The notes beneath the pieces are model-generated. The model ran no database searches. It worked only from the letters and a program-made list of their open reading frames with translations, and was not told where the DNA came from. A program made the translations under genes and the position numbers. 64,000 bases of DNA, taken from the NCBI RefSeq assembly GCF_001194135.2, contig NC_068999.1:48568229-48632228 (forward strand), written 5' to 3'. Position 1 is the stretch's first letter. Each line of letters opens with the position of its first letter. Of the stretch, positions 37,430-50,245 are shown piece by piece. Origin of the DNA: Octopus bimaculoides (lineage: Eukaryota).

Positions 37430-38633
37430 CCAACTCTTGGCTGTTTCCAAATTTCTTCTTGGCTTCCATGAATAACATTCCGTATGCCAAATGAAAGCCA
37501 TAGCATAAGATGTTGACGACTGTGACGGCGGCGACAACCACCCAACCCCAGCCGCCATCCGGATAGAAATCTCCGAAGTCAAATCTTGTCACTTGGCGGG
37601 GATCTCCGGCACACGACCTGCTCCCATCGCCCACCGAACCACCGCCGATCCCAATTCCTCCTCCGCCTCCTCCTCCTCCTCCGATGATACCGATACTAAC
37701 ACCTCCAGTTCCAGTCCCGTTGCTTCCACCGTTTCCGCCGTTGGTCCCACAACCTCCGCTCGAATCCGTTGTCCCCCCGCTTCCGCTGCCGTCGTTACAG
37801 ATAATCCCAACTTGACTTTCCGGCGTCTTTGCCTCGTCTTTGCGGGCGACCGTTTGTTGTTGCTGCTGTTGTTGTTGTTGTTGTTGTTGTTGCTGTTGCT
37901 TTTGTTGATCATGCTGTTGCTTTTGTTGATCATGCTGTTGCACCGGTTTTTGAGCATGTTGTTGTTGTTGCTGCTGCTGCTGCTGCTGTTGTTGATGATA
38001 TGGGTGGTGGTGATGGTGATGGTAAGGTTGTTGTTGTTGTTGTTGTTGAAATTGCTCGCTAGGCTCATTCTGTGACTGTTGATCTTGTGGCTTGGGACTT
38101 TGCACAGCTAACTGAGCTGAAGACTGCGAACGTAATTGCATTTGTTGTTGCTGTTGTTGTTGTTGAGAAGTGGGTGACGGCTGAGTCGTTAGCTGTTGCT
38201 GTTGGTGTGCTGTTATTTGGAGTTTGTTGGGGTTATGATGGTGGTGGTGGTGGTGATGGTGGTGGTGGTGGTGATGAGGATGATGATGGTGATGATACTT
38301 GCCAGGCGGTGGAGACATCGCGGCAACGACCGTGCCACCGGCGGCATCTTTGCTCAGAGATGTAATTGCCATCGTCACCGCCGCTGCCGCTGCTGTCACC
38401 GCTACCGTCGGCGCCGCCGTCGCCGTCGTCGTCGTCGTCGTCGTCGTCATCGTCGCTGCTGCCGTCAATGGTGGTTGGGGTGATGGTGGTGGATGCGGTG
38501 GCATACGAGCACAGGTTTCGTGTCCGCTGTGGGGTCGTTCTGTGCTTTCCATACCGCAAACGACACATTTGTCTGTGGGACAAACTGCTGCTACCGTCTT
38601 ACCGTTGCTGTGTGCCACAGTCTGGCGATGCAT
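37430..38633 (-). CDS. First coding exon of an SLC16/monocarboxylate transporter-like MFS protein with long low-complexity N-terminus
   Basis: ATG at 38633 is the first in-frame ATG after TAA (38667-38669). The frame stays open for 401 codons and ends [33 protein letters not shown] (SLC16 PDGGWGW + TM1), then a phase-1 donor G|GTAAGT at 37430/37429. Only triplet repeats occur inside. The true start Met is uncertain. Confidence 0.9.
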
Positions 38634-40739
38634 TGGTTTCGGTTTCGATCTGCCCGCGAGATCGTCTTATAAGACAGACGTGTGCACTGGCACGGAGACA
38701 TGCATCCATGCGTTCTCACAAAAATGCTGTACATACGTAAGAGTCTACATATATTAAGCTACAACACATGTGACGGTTGCAAATGTGTGATGCACACACG
38801 CATTTGTGAGTAGAAAACAGCGTGTGAATGGGAGAGACGGCGGAGAGGAAGGACACAGAGGCAGAAAGAAAGAAAGAAAGAAAGAAAAGGAAAGGAAAGC
38901 GAGATAGATTGATTGACTGATTGATTGATAGGTAAATATATATTGATTGACTGATTGACTGAAAGCGATGAAGGAAGAAATGGAGTAAGGGAGAAATGCA
39001 GAAAAAAAGCGTGTTAGATAGAATGGAGAATGTAAACGAGCAAGCGTATGTGATAGTAAATCTATTTGAAAGCCATTCACCCCTAACTGTGAAACGTGGG
39101 GTTGTTTTGTTCTGTAATCAATGTGTCTAAATAAAGGTTGAAATCATCGAATGTGCGATTTGAAGATGTAAAATAAAGGGTAAAGCAACAACGATAACCT
39201 TTGTGTTTTGTCATTCTTATTTTTAGTCCTGGGTGTCGGCTGGTCCATCGAGAGCCAACGCTTGTGTCTAGCAATATCAGTTCTCAGTTCTCGTTTAATC
39301 CAACAGTGATTGTATATGTGTGTGTGTGTTACACGGCAAGGTTTGTGTGAAAATGTGTGAATGCTCTCGCCTGTGTGCGTACCGCCGCGCGTGTGCGCGT
39401 GTGTGTATGTGCGTGCGTGCGTGTATGCTTTACATTAAAATCCAGAAGACACCATCGCGCAGCAGCAGCAGCAACAACAACAAGTAGTAGTAGTAGTGGC
39501 GAGGAGGAGGAAGAGGAGGAGGAGAGAGTAGAGGTGATGAAGAGAAATAACTTCACTCTTAAATCTAGTAACTATGAATATGAACAAAAAAAAGGCAGAA
39601 GATAAGAAGAAAATATATTATCAAGGCAAAAATTGTAAAAGGAACACTTCAGACATTATATGTGCGAGGACATTTTGTTTTCATTTTGTTTTTGTTGTTG
39701 TTGTTGTTGTTGTTGCTAGCTTTTTTCTTTTTCTTTTTTTCTTGTTCTTTTTTTTAATTTAAAAAATTTTTTTTTTTTTTTACGATGTCAATCTTCGGTT
39801 TGATTTTCCCATCGGTAAACGTTTGTTGAAATGAGACAGAATGGCAAACATATCAACATATATTCTTCACATGATTTCTTCGTTCCATTTCCGAGCCGTT
39901 TGCTCTGCAAGAATTGCCGTTGTTGTTGTTGTTGTTGTTGTTGTTGTTACACGGAACTGTTACAAATATTGTTGACATCGTTAAATGTTGTTGATTCTGA
40001 GAAGATGAGATTGTGGTTGTAATTGTTGTTATTGCTACTGCCACTACTACTACTACTACTACTACTGCTACTATTTCCACTATTTCTACTATTACTACTA
40101 CTACTGCTGCTGCTGCAACTATTACCAATGCTAGTACTGCTACAACTAATGCTGCTGCCGTTGCTCTCTCTCTCTAGCTGCTGGTATTGTTTTTCGCTTC
40201 GTTGGTTTATATAATTATTCGTTTATAAGTCGTTTGCGTTGTAGCAAAATCCGAAATTACAGATGACAGCTATTGGTCTCGTAAAAAAAATCGTGTAGTC
40301 GTATATACAAACGAATGTGTCTGTCTTTCGCTCTGTGCATTCGTATCTACGCCTCTATGATGAGAATTCGTCAGTATGCGAATGATGTGTGTGCATATGT
40401 ATCTTCATCTCTCTGTTTCTCTCTTTATATATATATATCTTCTATATATGTACCATTATGTGCGTGCTTCTCAACATATCCGTGTATTTTTATGTGCGTT
40501 AAATACGTGTCATTCTGCAGAATTATATTTTAGAATAAAATAAAACAAAACTCGATGGTGATGTTGTAGCTCGTTTCTGAATCTCCAGTTAAATGCATGT
40601 GTATATGCACGATTTTTTTCTCCTTTTTCTGCACACACACACACACACACACATACACACACACACACACACTCTCTCTCTCACACACACACTCTCACTC
40701 ACTCTCCCTCTCTCTAACACATTCACACACACACATCTA

Positions 40740-40829
40740 TATTATTCTTAAATAAGAATATTATTGACAATGACTTCGAAGTTTCGGCCCGCTTAAGCCA
40801 TCGTCGGACTCTCTTATTTAAGAATAATA
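40740..40829 (-). ncRNA. Candidate minimal (Penelope-type) hammerhead ribozyme
   Basis: Minus strand reads CCGACGA-U-GGCU[UAAGCG]GGCC-GAA-ACUUCGAAGU-C; an 18-bp perfect inverted repeat (40740-40757/40812-40829) encloses it. U4 of the core is C. Confidence 0.6.
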
Positions 40830-41718
40830 AATTTGTACTCTACGGAAGTAGAGAGTAAGCCTTCAGATTACTGTTTTCATTGTAACTAAACATAAAAACA
40901 AACATTTGTNNNNNNNNNNNNNNNNNNNNNNNNNNNNNNNNNNNNNNNNNNNNNNNNNNNNNNNNNNNNNNNNNNNNNNNNNNNNNNNNNNNNNNNNNNN
41001 NNNNNNNNNNNNNNNNNNNNNNNNNNNNNNNNNNNNNNNNNNNNNNNNNNNNNNNNNNNNNNNNNNNNNNNNNNNNNNNNNNNNNNNNNNNNNNNNNNNN
41101 NNNNNNNNNNNNNNNNNNNNNNNNNNNNNNNNNNNNNNNNNNNNNNNNNNNNNNNNNNNNNNNNNNNNNNNNNNNNNNNNNNNNNNNNNNNNNNNNNNNN
41201 NNNNNNNNNNNNNNNNNNNNNNNNNNNNNNNNNNNNNNNNNNNNNNNNNNNNNNNNNNNNNNNNNNNNNNNNNNNNNNNNNNNNNNNNNNNNNNNNNNNN
41301 NNNNNNNNNNNNNNNNNNNNNNNNNNNNNNNNNNNNNNNNNNNNNNNNNNNNNNNNNNNNNNNNNNNNNNNNNNNNNNNNNNNNNNNNNNNNNNNNNNNN
41401 NNNNNNNNNNNNNNNNNNNNNNNNNNNNNNNNNNNNNNNNNNNNNNNNNNNNNNNNNNNNNNNNNNNNNNNNNNNNNNNNNNNNNNNNNNNNNNNNNNNN
41501 NNNNNNNNNNNNNNNNNNNNNNNNNNNNNNNNNNNNNNNNNNNNNNNNNNNNNNNNNNNNNNNNNNNNNNNNNNNNNNNNNNNNNNNNNNNNNNNNNNNN
41601 NNNNNNNNNNNNNNNNNNNNNNNNNNNNNNNNGGTGTTGCAATATAATTTCAACGCTGTTAGAAAGATGAAATTAGCAAGTGTTAATAATATATCAACAG
41701 ACGACCGGAGAATTTTGC

Positions 41719-41784
<66 letters not shown>

Positions 41785-43206
41785 TGCTGTTGCTGTTGTT
41801 GTTGGCTATGGTGTTGTAAGGGTTCTTGTATGCGGCCCTGTCCGTCTGGTCAAGCAATATTGACTTGTTAGAGAGGAGCAAAAAAGCCGACGATTGTACT
41901 TGGCTGCTAAAATCGAGGTTTCGTTTCAAACGACTTCGGCGCATTGTCCGTCGTTGCTGGCAACCCGATTTGGTCTGATTCCACCGATTTCAGGCCGTCG
42001 TTAAAGGCTGCTCTGCAGATGATGGTACGAGGAAAACACCGTGAATGCTTGCTGCCTTGATAAACACGTGTTAGACACAGCATACATGGTTAAACGGGCG
42101 GAGCTTTGCACAGACATATTTATGCATTAGCAGGAGGGGTTGAAGTCTGAAAGAAAGAGAAAAGAAAAGAAAAAAGATTAAGGAAATACACACCCTTATG
42201 TATATATACATATATATATATAGATATAGACATATGAAATATATGCTTGTATGTAGGTAGGTAGATTGGTATGTTTGCAAGAGGTGCGCATACGTGAGAA
42301 AGAAAAATAGTCAGAGAGAGATAGTAAGAGAGGAAGAGAGAGACAGTGAATGAGAGTTGCAGACGTATGTAAAGATAAATATACAGATAGAGAGAGAGAG
42401 GGAGAGGGGGAGAGAGAGGGGGGAGCTGAGTGCAACGTAGAAACAAAAACTATAGAGGAAAGTGTTTAAAAAGATTGTTCGAAATGCAACGAAATGCACT
42501 TGGAAAGACAAGTAAAAGTAAAAAAAAAAAAAAGAAAGAAAAAGATTAGAGGGTAATGCTGAGAGAGAGAAAAAATGTCAGGATCGTAAAAGAAAGAAGG
42601 AAAGTGATAATTTAACAACCTCAAGTGAATGTGAATGTGAGCGAAGAGGTAAATAAAGAAAATGTATGGTTTACACCTCGAAAGTGAAAGTTGAAAATTC
42701 AAATTAGTTTTTACTGTCGTAAACGTTTCCGCCTTGTTGCAGTGNNNNNNNNNNNNNNNNNNNNNNNNNNNNNNNNNNNNNNNNNNNNNNNNNNNNNNNN
42801 NNNNNNNNNNNNNNNNNNNNNNNNNNNNNNNNNNNNNNNNNNNNNNNNNNNNNNNNNNNNNNNNNNNNNNNNNNNNNNNNNNNNNNNNNNNNNNNNNNNN
42901 NNNNNNNNNNNNNNNNNNNNNNNNNNNNNNNNNNNNNNNNNNNNNNNNNNNNNNNNNNNNNNNNNNNNNNNNNNNNNNNNNNNNNNNNNNNNNNNNNNNN
43001 NNNNNNNNNNNNNNNNNNNNNNNNNNNNNNNNNNNNNNNNNNNNNNNNNNNNNNNNNNNNNNNNNNNNNNNNNNNNNNNNNNNNNNNNNAGTAAACAAAA
43101 GAAGCAAATGAAAACCAAACATTGGCGTGCATGCGCGTCCGTTCGTTCGTAAGTTACGTGTGCATCCGTGGTGTTTTGCTTGTGCATATTCATATATATA
43201 TATATG

Positions 43207-43254
<48 letters not shown>

Positions 43255-43324
43255 TGTGTAAATATGGAATGTATAGTAAATGCATGGTGTGTATACGGAG
43301 TACATAATAAATTGTACGCAAAAA

Positions 43325-43543
43325 GGCGGCGAGCTGGCAGAGTGGTTAGCACGCCGGGCGAAATGCTTAGTGGTATTTCGTCTGTCTTTACGTTCTGAGT
43401 TCAAATTCCGCCGAGGTCGACTTTGCCTTTCGTTCTTTCGGGGTCGATTAATTAAGTACCAGTTGCGTATTGGGGTCGATCTAATCGACTGGCCTCCACC
43501 TTCCCAAAAATTTCAGGCCTAGTGCCTAAAGTAGAAAAGAATA
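43325..43543 (+). mobile_element. SINE family A, young full-length copy
   Basis: Consensus Pol III A box TGGCAGAGTGG (43335-43345) and B box GTTCAAATTCC (43399-43409). Confidence 0.95.
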
Positions 43544-43671
43544 AATTGTATGCAAAGAGAGAAAGAATGCATGCAAAACAAAAAATGAAAGACACTGTGG
43601 TACGTGCATAGACAAACACACATACATGCACTTACACATACAAATACACACATGCACGCACACGTATGCAT

Positions 43672-43795
43672 ACATGCATGCATGCATGTATGTATGCATG
43701 CATGTATGTATGCATGCATGTATGTATGCATGCATGTATGTATGCATGCATGTATGTATGCATGCATGTATGTATGCATGCATGTATGTATGTAT
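43672..43795. repeat. Higher-order 16-bp compound microsatellite (CATGCATGTATGTATG)n
   Basis: About 7 regular units visible. Confidence 0.9.
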
Positions 43796-43856
43796 GTATC
43801 TGTAGCTATGTATCTATGTATGGATGGATGTATGTATGTATACAGATATATATAAC

Positions 43857-43994
43857 CTTGCTTCTCAACCACATGGTTCCGGGTTCAGTCCCACTGCGAG
43901 GCACCTTGGGCAAGTGTCTTCTATTATATAGCCTCGGGCCGACCAAACGCTTGTGAGTAGATTTGTTGGGCGGAAACTGAAAGAAGCCCATCGG

Positions 43995-44036
<42 letters not shown>

Positions 44037-44283
44037 CTCTGTGTGAGTGTGTGTGTGTTTGTCCCCCACTGCCACTTGACAACCGGTGTCGTTTTGTTTA
44101 CGTCCCCGTAATTTAGCGGTTCGGGGGGAAAAAGCGCCCGACAAAACAATTACCAGGCTTAACAAATAAGTACTGGAGTGGGGAATGAGGGGGTCGATGC
44201 ATACGACTAAAAAGCTCTCTTCGAGACGGTGCCCCAGCATGGCCGCAGTCAAATGACTGAAACACACAAAAGAATAAAAGAAG
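43857..44283 (+). mobile_element. SINE family B, nearly full length
   Basis: GGGTTCAGTCCCACTGCGAGGCACCTTGGGCAAGTGTCTT, internal (GT)n and canonical tail. Confidence 0.92.
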
Positions 44284-45187
44284 AAAATACATACATATGC
44301 GTGTGTGATCGCGCGCGTGCGATCGAAATGGTCGTGATTTACGTTTACTGGTTCGGGCATGGTTGTGTGTTTGCGCGTAGAGAGGCCGGGCGTCGGTCGT
44401 TCTCGCTCTGTAGATGTTATTTAGCTAATGAGCAGCGCGTGCACAGATGTGTGCATGTGTGTGTGTATGTGTGTCTGTGTGCAACGAATTGTGCAACGCC
44501 ATATCAGCTGCAGGGGATATTATCATCGTCGTCATCATCATCATCGTCGTCGTCGTCGGCAGCGGCGTCGTCGCCATCATCGTAACAAACAACGGTACGC
44601 ATATTGCAAAACAAAAACAAATTCAAAACATTGTGTGCGTCCAGTCTATGTGCATCAGCGTGAGAATGTGTGTGTGTGTGTGTGTGTGTGAGCGAATGTA
44701 TGCGTGCGTGCGAAAAATGTGTCCATGTGTGCGTGCATGCGTGCAAGAGTGTGTATGTGCGTGCATGCGTATATTGTGTTGTGTGTGTCTATGCGTTTCT
44801 GTGTGCTTCTGTGTATGTATGTGTGTGAGCATACGTGCAAGAGTGTACTCATATGTGCAAGTGTATACGTTCACTTTTGTGCGTGCGTACGTGTGTGTGT
44901 ATACATGTACGTGTATGTATGAGTATGTGTATGTATGTGTGTATGCATGCGCCAGTGCATGTTTGTGTGCGTGTGTATATATATGTGTGTGTGCATGTGC
45001 GTGCGTACCTGTGTGTGTGTGTTTCAAATATATTATGACACACAAAACACGAGCGAATTAAAATGACGGCAGAGAAACAACACGTAGTTTCTGTTGATGT
45101 TTTTTTGTTCGTGTTGTTGGTGTTGTTCGTGTTCAGCTCCAGAAAGATCCAGGAGCAGGGTGAAAAGGCACTCCAGCCACGACTAAC

Positions 45188-45354
45188 CTGTCCTTGATAG
45201 AGTCAAGTAAGACTACAGTGTCTACAGCGTGTGCTTCCCTCGTTGTGTGAGATGTGTGATACGAGGCAGAATTGGTTTCTATTTCTAGCGAATCGAACGA
45301 CAAACTCGAGCCCTGCAACGGTCCGTAGTGGTTGTAGTGGTGGACATGACGTCA
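45188..45354 (-). promoter_or_regulatory. CRE plus candidate non-coding 5' exon with donor CAG|GTTAGT
   Basis: TGACGTCA at 45347-45354 and a minus-strand donor at 45188/45187 within an island of unique sequence. Confidence 0.3.
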
Positions 45355-45410
45355 AAGAACATGTTCGTTGATGCTGATGGTACTGCGAGCTGTAGTATAT
45401 ACTACGACAG

Positions 45411-45480
<70 letters not shown>

Positions 45481-46137
45481 CAGCAGCAGCAGCAGTAGCA
45501 GCAACAGCTGCAGCAGTAGCAGTGGTAGTAATAGTAAAAGCAGCGGTAGTAGGAGTAGTAGTAATAGTAGTATAGTTGTTGGTGTAGCTATCGTTGAAAG
45601 ACAACAGCAGCACCAATATCAACAGTAACAACAGCTGCACTCCCAGCAACACCTGCTGCTACAGAGGTTGCACCTGCACCACCGCCACCACCGCAAACAG
45701 CAGCAGCAACAACAACAACAACAGCAGGACTTTCGGCAACAACAACGACAACAATAGAGGCAAATGATGCACCACCACCACCACCACCACTACCACAAAC
45801 AGCAGAAGTTGCAGCGATAGAAGCTGCACCGCCGCCACCACCACCACAAACAACAGAAGGAGCAGCAACAACAATGCAAACAACAGCACAAGCACCAACA
45901 ACAGCAGCAGTAGCAGTAGTAGTAGTAGTAGTAGTATACTCCTATTTACTTTCGTTTCCCGTTTTAGGGCTTGAGTTGTAGTTTCACTTTCAGTTTTAAT
46001 ATTTTCCAACTCTTTATTTTCTATATACATATGCACACATGCATACTGACATACGTACATACACATACATGCATACATATGTGCATGCATATACATACAC
46101 ACATATATGCATCCATATATATAAAAAAAAACTCAAC

Positions 46138-46506
46138 TGCGCCGGTCACGAATGACCATGGGTGCACCTAAGAGGTTCCCCTCCGGGGTACAAGTCTGGG
46201 CGGAAAGTCACCTCACCGGCGAACGCACAACCTAGAGTTGTTTTTTGGTTTTTTTATGGCAGACCAGTAGTCGCCAATGCATACCAGCCTCCCCTCTCCA
46301 TGCCACTGATCTTATCCAAGGGAAAGGCAAAGGGGCCGATACAGCTTGGTACCTGTGACGTCGCAACTCATTTCTACAGATGAGTGAACTGGAGCAATGT
46401 GAAATAAAGTGCCTTGTTCAAGAATGCAACACACAGCCTGGTCCAGGAATTGAACTCACTACCTCACGATCGTAAGCTCAACGCTCTAACCACTGAGCCA
46501 TGCGCC
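46138..46506 (-). mobile_element. SINE family D (head/CORE like family C, different 3' part)
   Basis: Reverse complement GGCGCATGGCTCAGTGGTTAGAGCG...GAGTTCAATTCC...TTCTTGAACAAGGCACTT; the 3' part recurs at 49555-49725. Confidence 0.85.
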
Positions 46507-46768
46507 TTCACGCATCCATATATACATACATGCATATATACAGACTTGTATTTACATACATTTACACATATACATATACTGTATATATGCATACATAAAT
46601 ATGCATAATGCACACATACACACATGCATATATATACAAACATACATACATGCATGCAAATATAAATATATATATTTATATATACATGCATATACATACA
46701 TATATATACATACATATATGCATACATACATATATGCATATATATATATATATATATANNNNNNNNNN

Positions 46769-46810
<42 letters not shown>

Positions 46811-47403
46811 TGCATTATGTATACGTATATACATACATAAGTACGTGTGTAGGTGTGTGCATGTGTATATACATACACACGTGCACACACATATACTACG
46901 ACTACCACCACGACCCCTACAATTACTACTTAATGACTTCCCCCTGTTGCAGTCACAGCAACAATAACAACAACAACAACAACAGTAGCATCTGCACACA
47001 CTCTCATCGGCTTTCTTTACCTGTCCACCTTACATCACCTTGCATCCCATTACATCACATCGCTCTCTTCTTGTGTTTATGATTGTTTTATTTTTCTGTC
47101 TCCTCTTGGTGTTGTTTGTATTCCTTTTCTTTTCTTTTCTTTTCTCTTCAAATGCCGTTAACACTCCGAACGACGACGTGATGCAACGCCGTCGCTCTAT
47201 TTACAACGTGGCACTTCTCGCTGGTTGCCGCTTGATGCTGGATGCTGGATGCTGGATGCTGGATGCTTGATGCTGGATGGATGCTGGACTTCAACAGCTG
47301 ACATCTTGCCATTGTTGAATCAACACCAGAACCAGTGAAACGCAACAGCTTCAACAACAAAAACAACAGCAACAGCAACATACCAGCTGCCTCGGCAGTA
47401 GAA

Positions 47404-47435
<32 letters not shown>

Positions 47436-47655
47436 ACTATCAAAGTAACATCCCCAGCTGCAGCAGTAACAGCACAACAGCAACATCAACAGAAATCACT
47501 GTTGCAACTAATACTAAAACAGCTGCTTACTACTACTACTACTACTGGTGGTGGTGGTGGTGGTGGTGGTTGTACTAGTAGGGGCAGCAGCAGTAGTAGC
47601 ATCACTATCAACAGCAGCAGCTGTGCAATCAGTTATTCTTACAGCTATCTTATTT

Positions 47656-47687
<32 letters not shown>

Positions 47688-48081
47688 CGAGAAACAGACA
47701 GACAGACACAAAGACAGTGACAGACAGACAGATAGACAGACAGATAGAGGGGAGCGGCCCATAAACACTGCACCTACCCCATTTTCTGTTAGTGGTGTAA
47801 CTTTTCAGAAGTTGGTGCAAGATTCTCTTGCCCATGACAGTGCTACTACTACTACTACTACTACTACGAAGAAGAAGAAGAAGAAGAAGAAGGAGAAGGA
47901 GAAGGAGGAGGAGGAGGANNNNNNNNNNNNNNNNNNNNNNNNNNNNNNNNNNNNNNNNNNNNNNNNNNNNNNNNNNNNNNNNNNNNNNNNNNNNNNNNNN
48001 NNNNNNNNNNNNNNNNNNNNNNNNNNNNNNNNNNNNNNNNNNNNNNNNNNNNNNNNNNNNNNNNNNNNNNNNNNNNNNNNN

Positions 48082-48425
48082 TAAAATAAGTACCAACTGA
48101 GCACTGGGGTTGGGGTTGATGTAATCGATTTAACCCTGCCCCCACACACACACCCGAAATTGTTGGCCTTGTGCCAAAATCTGAAACTAATATTTATTTC
48201 TTTATTGCCCACAGGGGGCTAAACATAGAGGGGACAAACATGGACAGACAAAGGGATTAAGTCGATTAGATCGACCCCAATGCGCAACTGGTACTTATTT
48301 AATCGATCCCGAAAGGATGAAAGGCAAAGTCGACCTCGGCGGAATTTGAACTCAGAACGTAACGGCAGACGAAATACCGCTAAGCATTTCGCCCGGTGTG
48401 CTAACGTTTCTGCCAGCTCGCCGCC
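48082..48425. mobile_element. Tail-to-tail inverted pair of SINE family A copies
   Basis: Plus-strand 3' half (48082-48190) is followed by a near-consensus minus copy (about 48193-48425) with a different tail. Confidence 0.88.
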
Positions 48426-49146
48426 TTATCTGAAACTAATATTAATGGGAAAAAGTTTGCTGCGAATTCTATTGCACTTGTTGCTATTGCACTATTGCAT
48501 ATTGTGGTATTGGTGGTGGTGGTGGTGGTGGTGGTGGTTACGTTCAACAACATTTGCAGTATTAGCAACAGCCACCGGTTGAGATGCCTCTTTTTTCTGT
48601 TGCGCTTTTTGAAAAATAACAGCATTAGCAATATTGCAGTAATGTTGTTGTTAGGTTTACAGCGATTTTTGCTGCTGACAGTAGTAGCATGTTATTTGAG
48701 GGAGATTTAGTTGCTATTGTTTTGCAGGTCGAGTTGCGACATTTTAACTGCGTTCGTCGTTGAAGATGTTCCAAGCGTTGCTACTTTTGTATTTTTTGCA
48801 TATATTATTACATTTACAAGAGATTTCATTTCCTTATCCATAGACATTTACCAATGAGTGGACATCATCCTAAGCCACTTGGGGGTTTCCGCAAAGAATG
48901 AGATCAGTTGACAAGAGAGCCGGTAGGCGGTCACTCTACTTTCGTGAAATAGTAATCAAATGTCATTCAAACCACACCGTATTGTTTTATAAAATAAAAC
49001 AAACGAACACATGAGAAATGTGTGGTCCTAAATACACCTAAAAAAATGAGATGTTCATGGTCACAATGCCATCGATCAAGGTCTGTTCAATCAGAGATGA
49101 TCTGAGGATTAAACATCATCATCATCATCATCATCAACAACAACAA

Positions 49147-49200
<54 letters not shown>

Positions 49201-49262
49201 ATAAGACTATAATAGAAATACAGTCGGGGATAATAACAACGTCTAATATAACAGCTGCATAA

Positions 49263-49472
49263 GGCTTCGAGCTGGAGGAGTTGTTAGCACACCGGGCGAA
49301 ATCCTTAACGTCATTTCGTCCGCCTTTACTTGTTGAGTTCAAATTCCACCGAGGTCAACATTGCCTTTCATCCTTTAGGGGTCGATAAAATAAGTCCCAG
49401 TTGAGCAATGGGGCCGATGTAATCAACTTACCTACACTCTCAAAATCGCTTGCCTTGTGCTAAAATTTGAAG
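49263..49472 (+). mobile_element. SINE family A
   Basis: GAGTTCAAATTCCACCGAGGTCAAC and body. Confidence 0.85.
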
Positions 49473-49554
49473 CCTATATAGCTGATGCATCACCAACACC
49501 ACTGAACAGGGTGCACTGTTGCAATATGACCGCTAGTGCAGATATTGTTATTGT

Positions 49555-49725
49555 TGTTCAGAGCTCGTTCCCTTGGATAACATCGGTGGCGTGGAGAGGT
49601 GAGGCTGGTATGACATGGGTGATTGCTGGTCTTCCATAAACAACCTTGTCCGGATTTGTTCCTCAGAGGGGAACTTTCTGAGTGCAATCGCATGGTTATT
49701 CGTGACCGAAGAGGGTCTTACCTTT
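49555..49725 (+). mobile_element. SINE family D 3' fragment
   Basis: TTCCCTTGGATAACATCGGTGGCGTGGAGAGG...GAGGGGAACT...CATGGTTATTCGTGACCG matches 46138-46330. Confidence 0.75.
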
Positions 49726-50030
49726 TTACAAAGTATAAATGTTAACAGGTTCAAATCTTATTGGATCCACTGTCGTTGCTTTAGGTTCTAATGTTGTGAC
49801 TGCCGTTGCTACTTTTGCAACATGTGGTCCTGTTGTTGTAATCGCTGCTGCCGCTGCTGCTGCTGTTGTTGTATCTATGCTGCCGTTGATGCCGCTTTCT
49901 TGAGTTGTTTGGTCGGAGGGGGTGGGTGGGGGAGAGGAAGAGGAGAGGCTGAGTGAATGACCTTTGCAAACTCTCCCAGACGAGTGCGATCGATGCAGTT
50001 CGAACTTCTATACGTCAATAACTCTGTAAG

Positions 50031-50044
50031 CAGTGGCGTAGCCA

Positions 50045-50075
<31 letters not shown>

Positions 50076-50245
50076 CATGTGTGTGTGTGTGTGTGTGCCG
50101 CCCTGGGCAGCCCTTGAATTTACTGTCCCCGCCCCTAAACAAGCTCATACACCAGACTCAAAAGTGTTGCCACCATCTAAGTGCTGCCCGGACGGACCTC
50201 CACCCCAACTCCATCGCTTGCCACCACCCTCCGTCCCAGCCATGC
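50031..50245 (+). mobile_element. hAT-like MITE fragment starting CAGTGGCGTAGC
   Basis: The same 12-mer occurs in reverse at 53266-53277; the far end is not clearly preserved. Confidence 0.45.

Noticed and set aside
40863-43404. Long ORFs spanning N runs (also 54320-55566 and 61378-62518)
   Set aside because: Artefacts of gaps lacking stop codons.
46440-46506. tRNA-like sequence (also the heads of SINE A, B and C)
   Set aside because: No closed acceptor stem, and the sequence continues into a SINE body; these are SINE heads, not tRNA genes.
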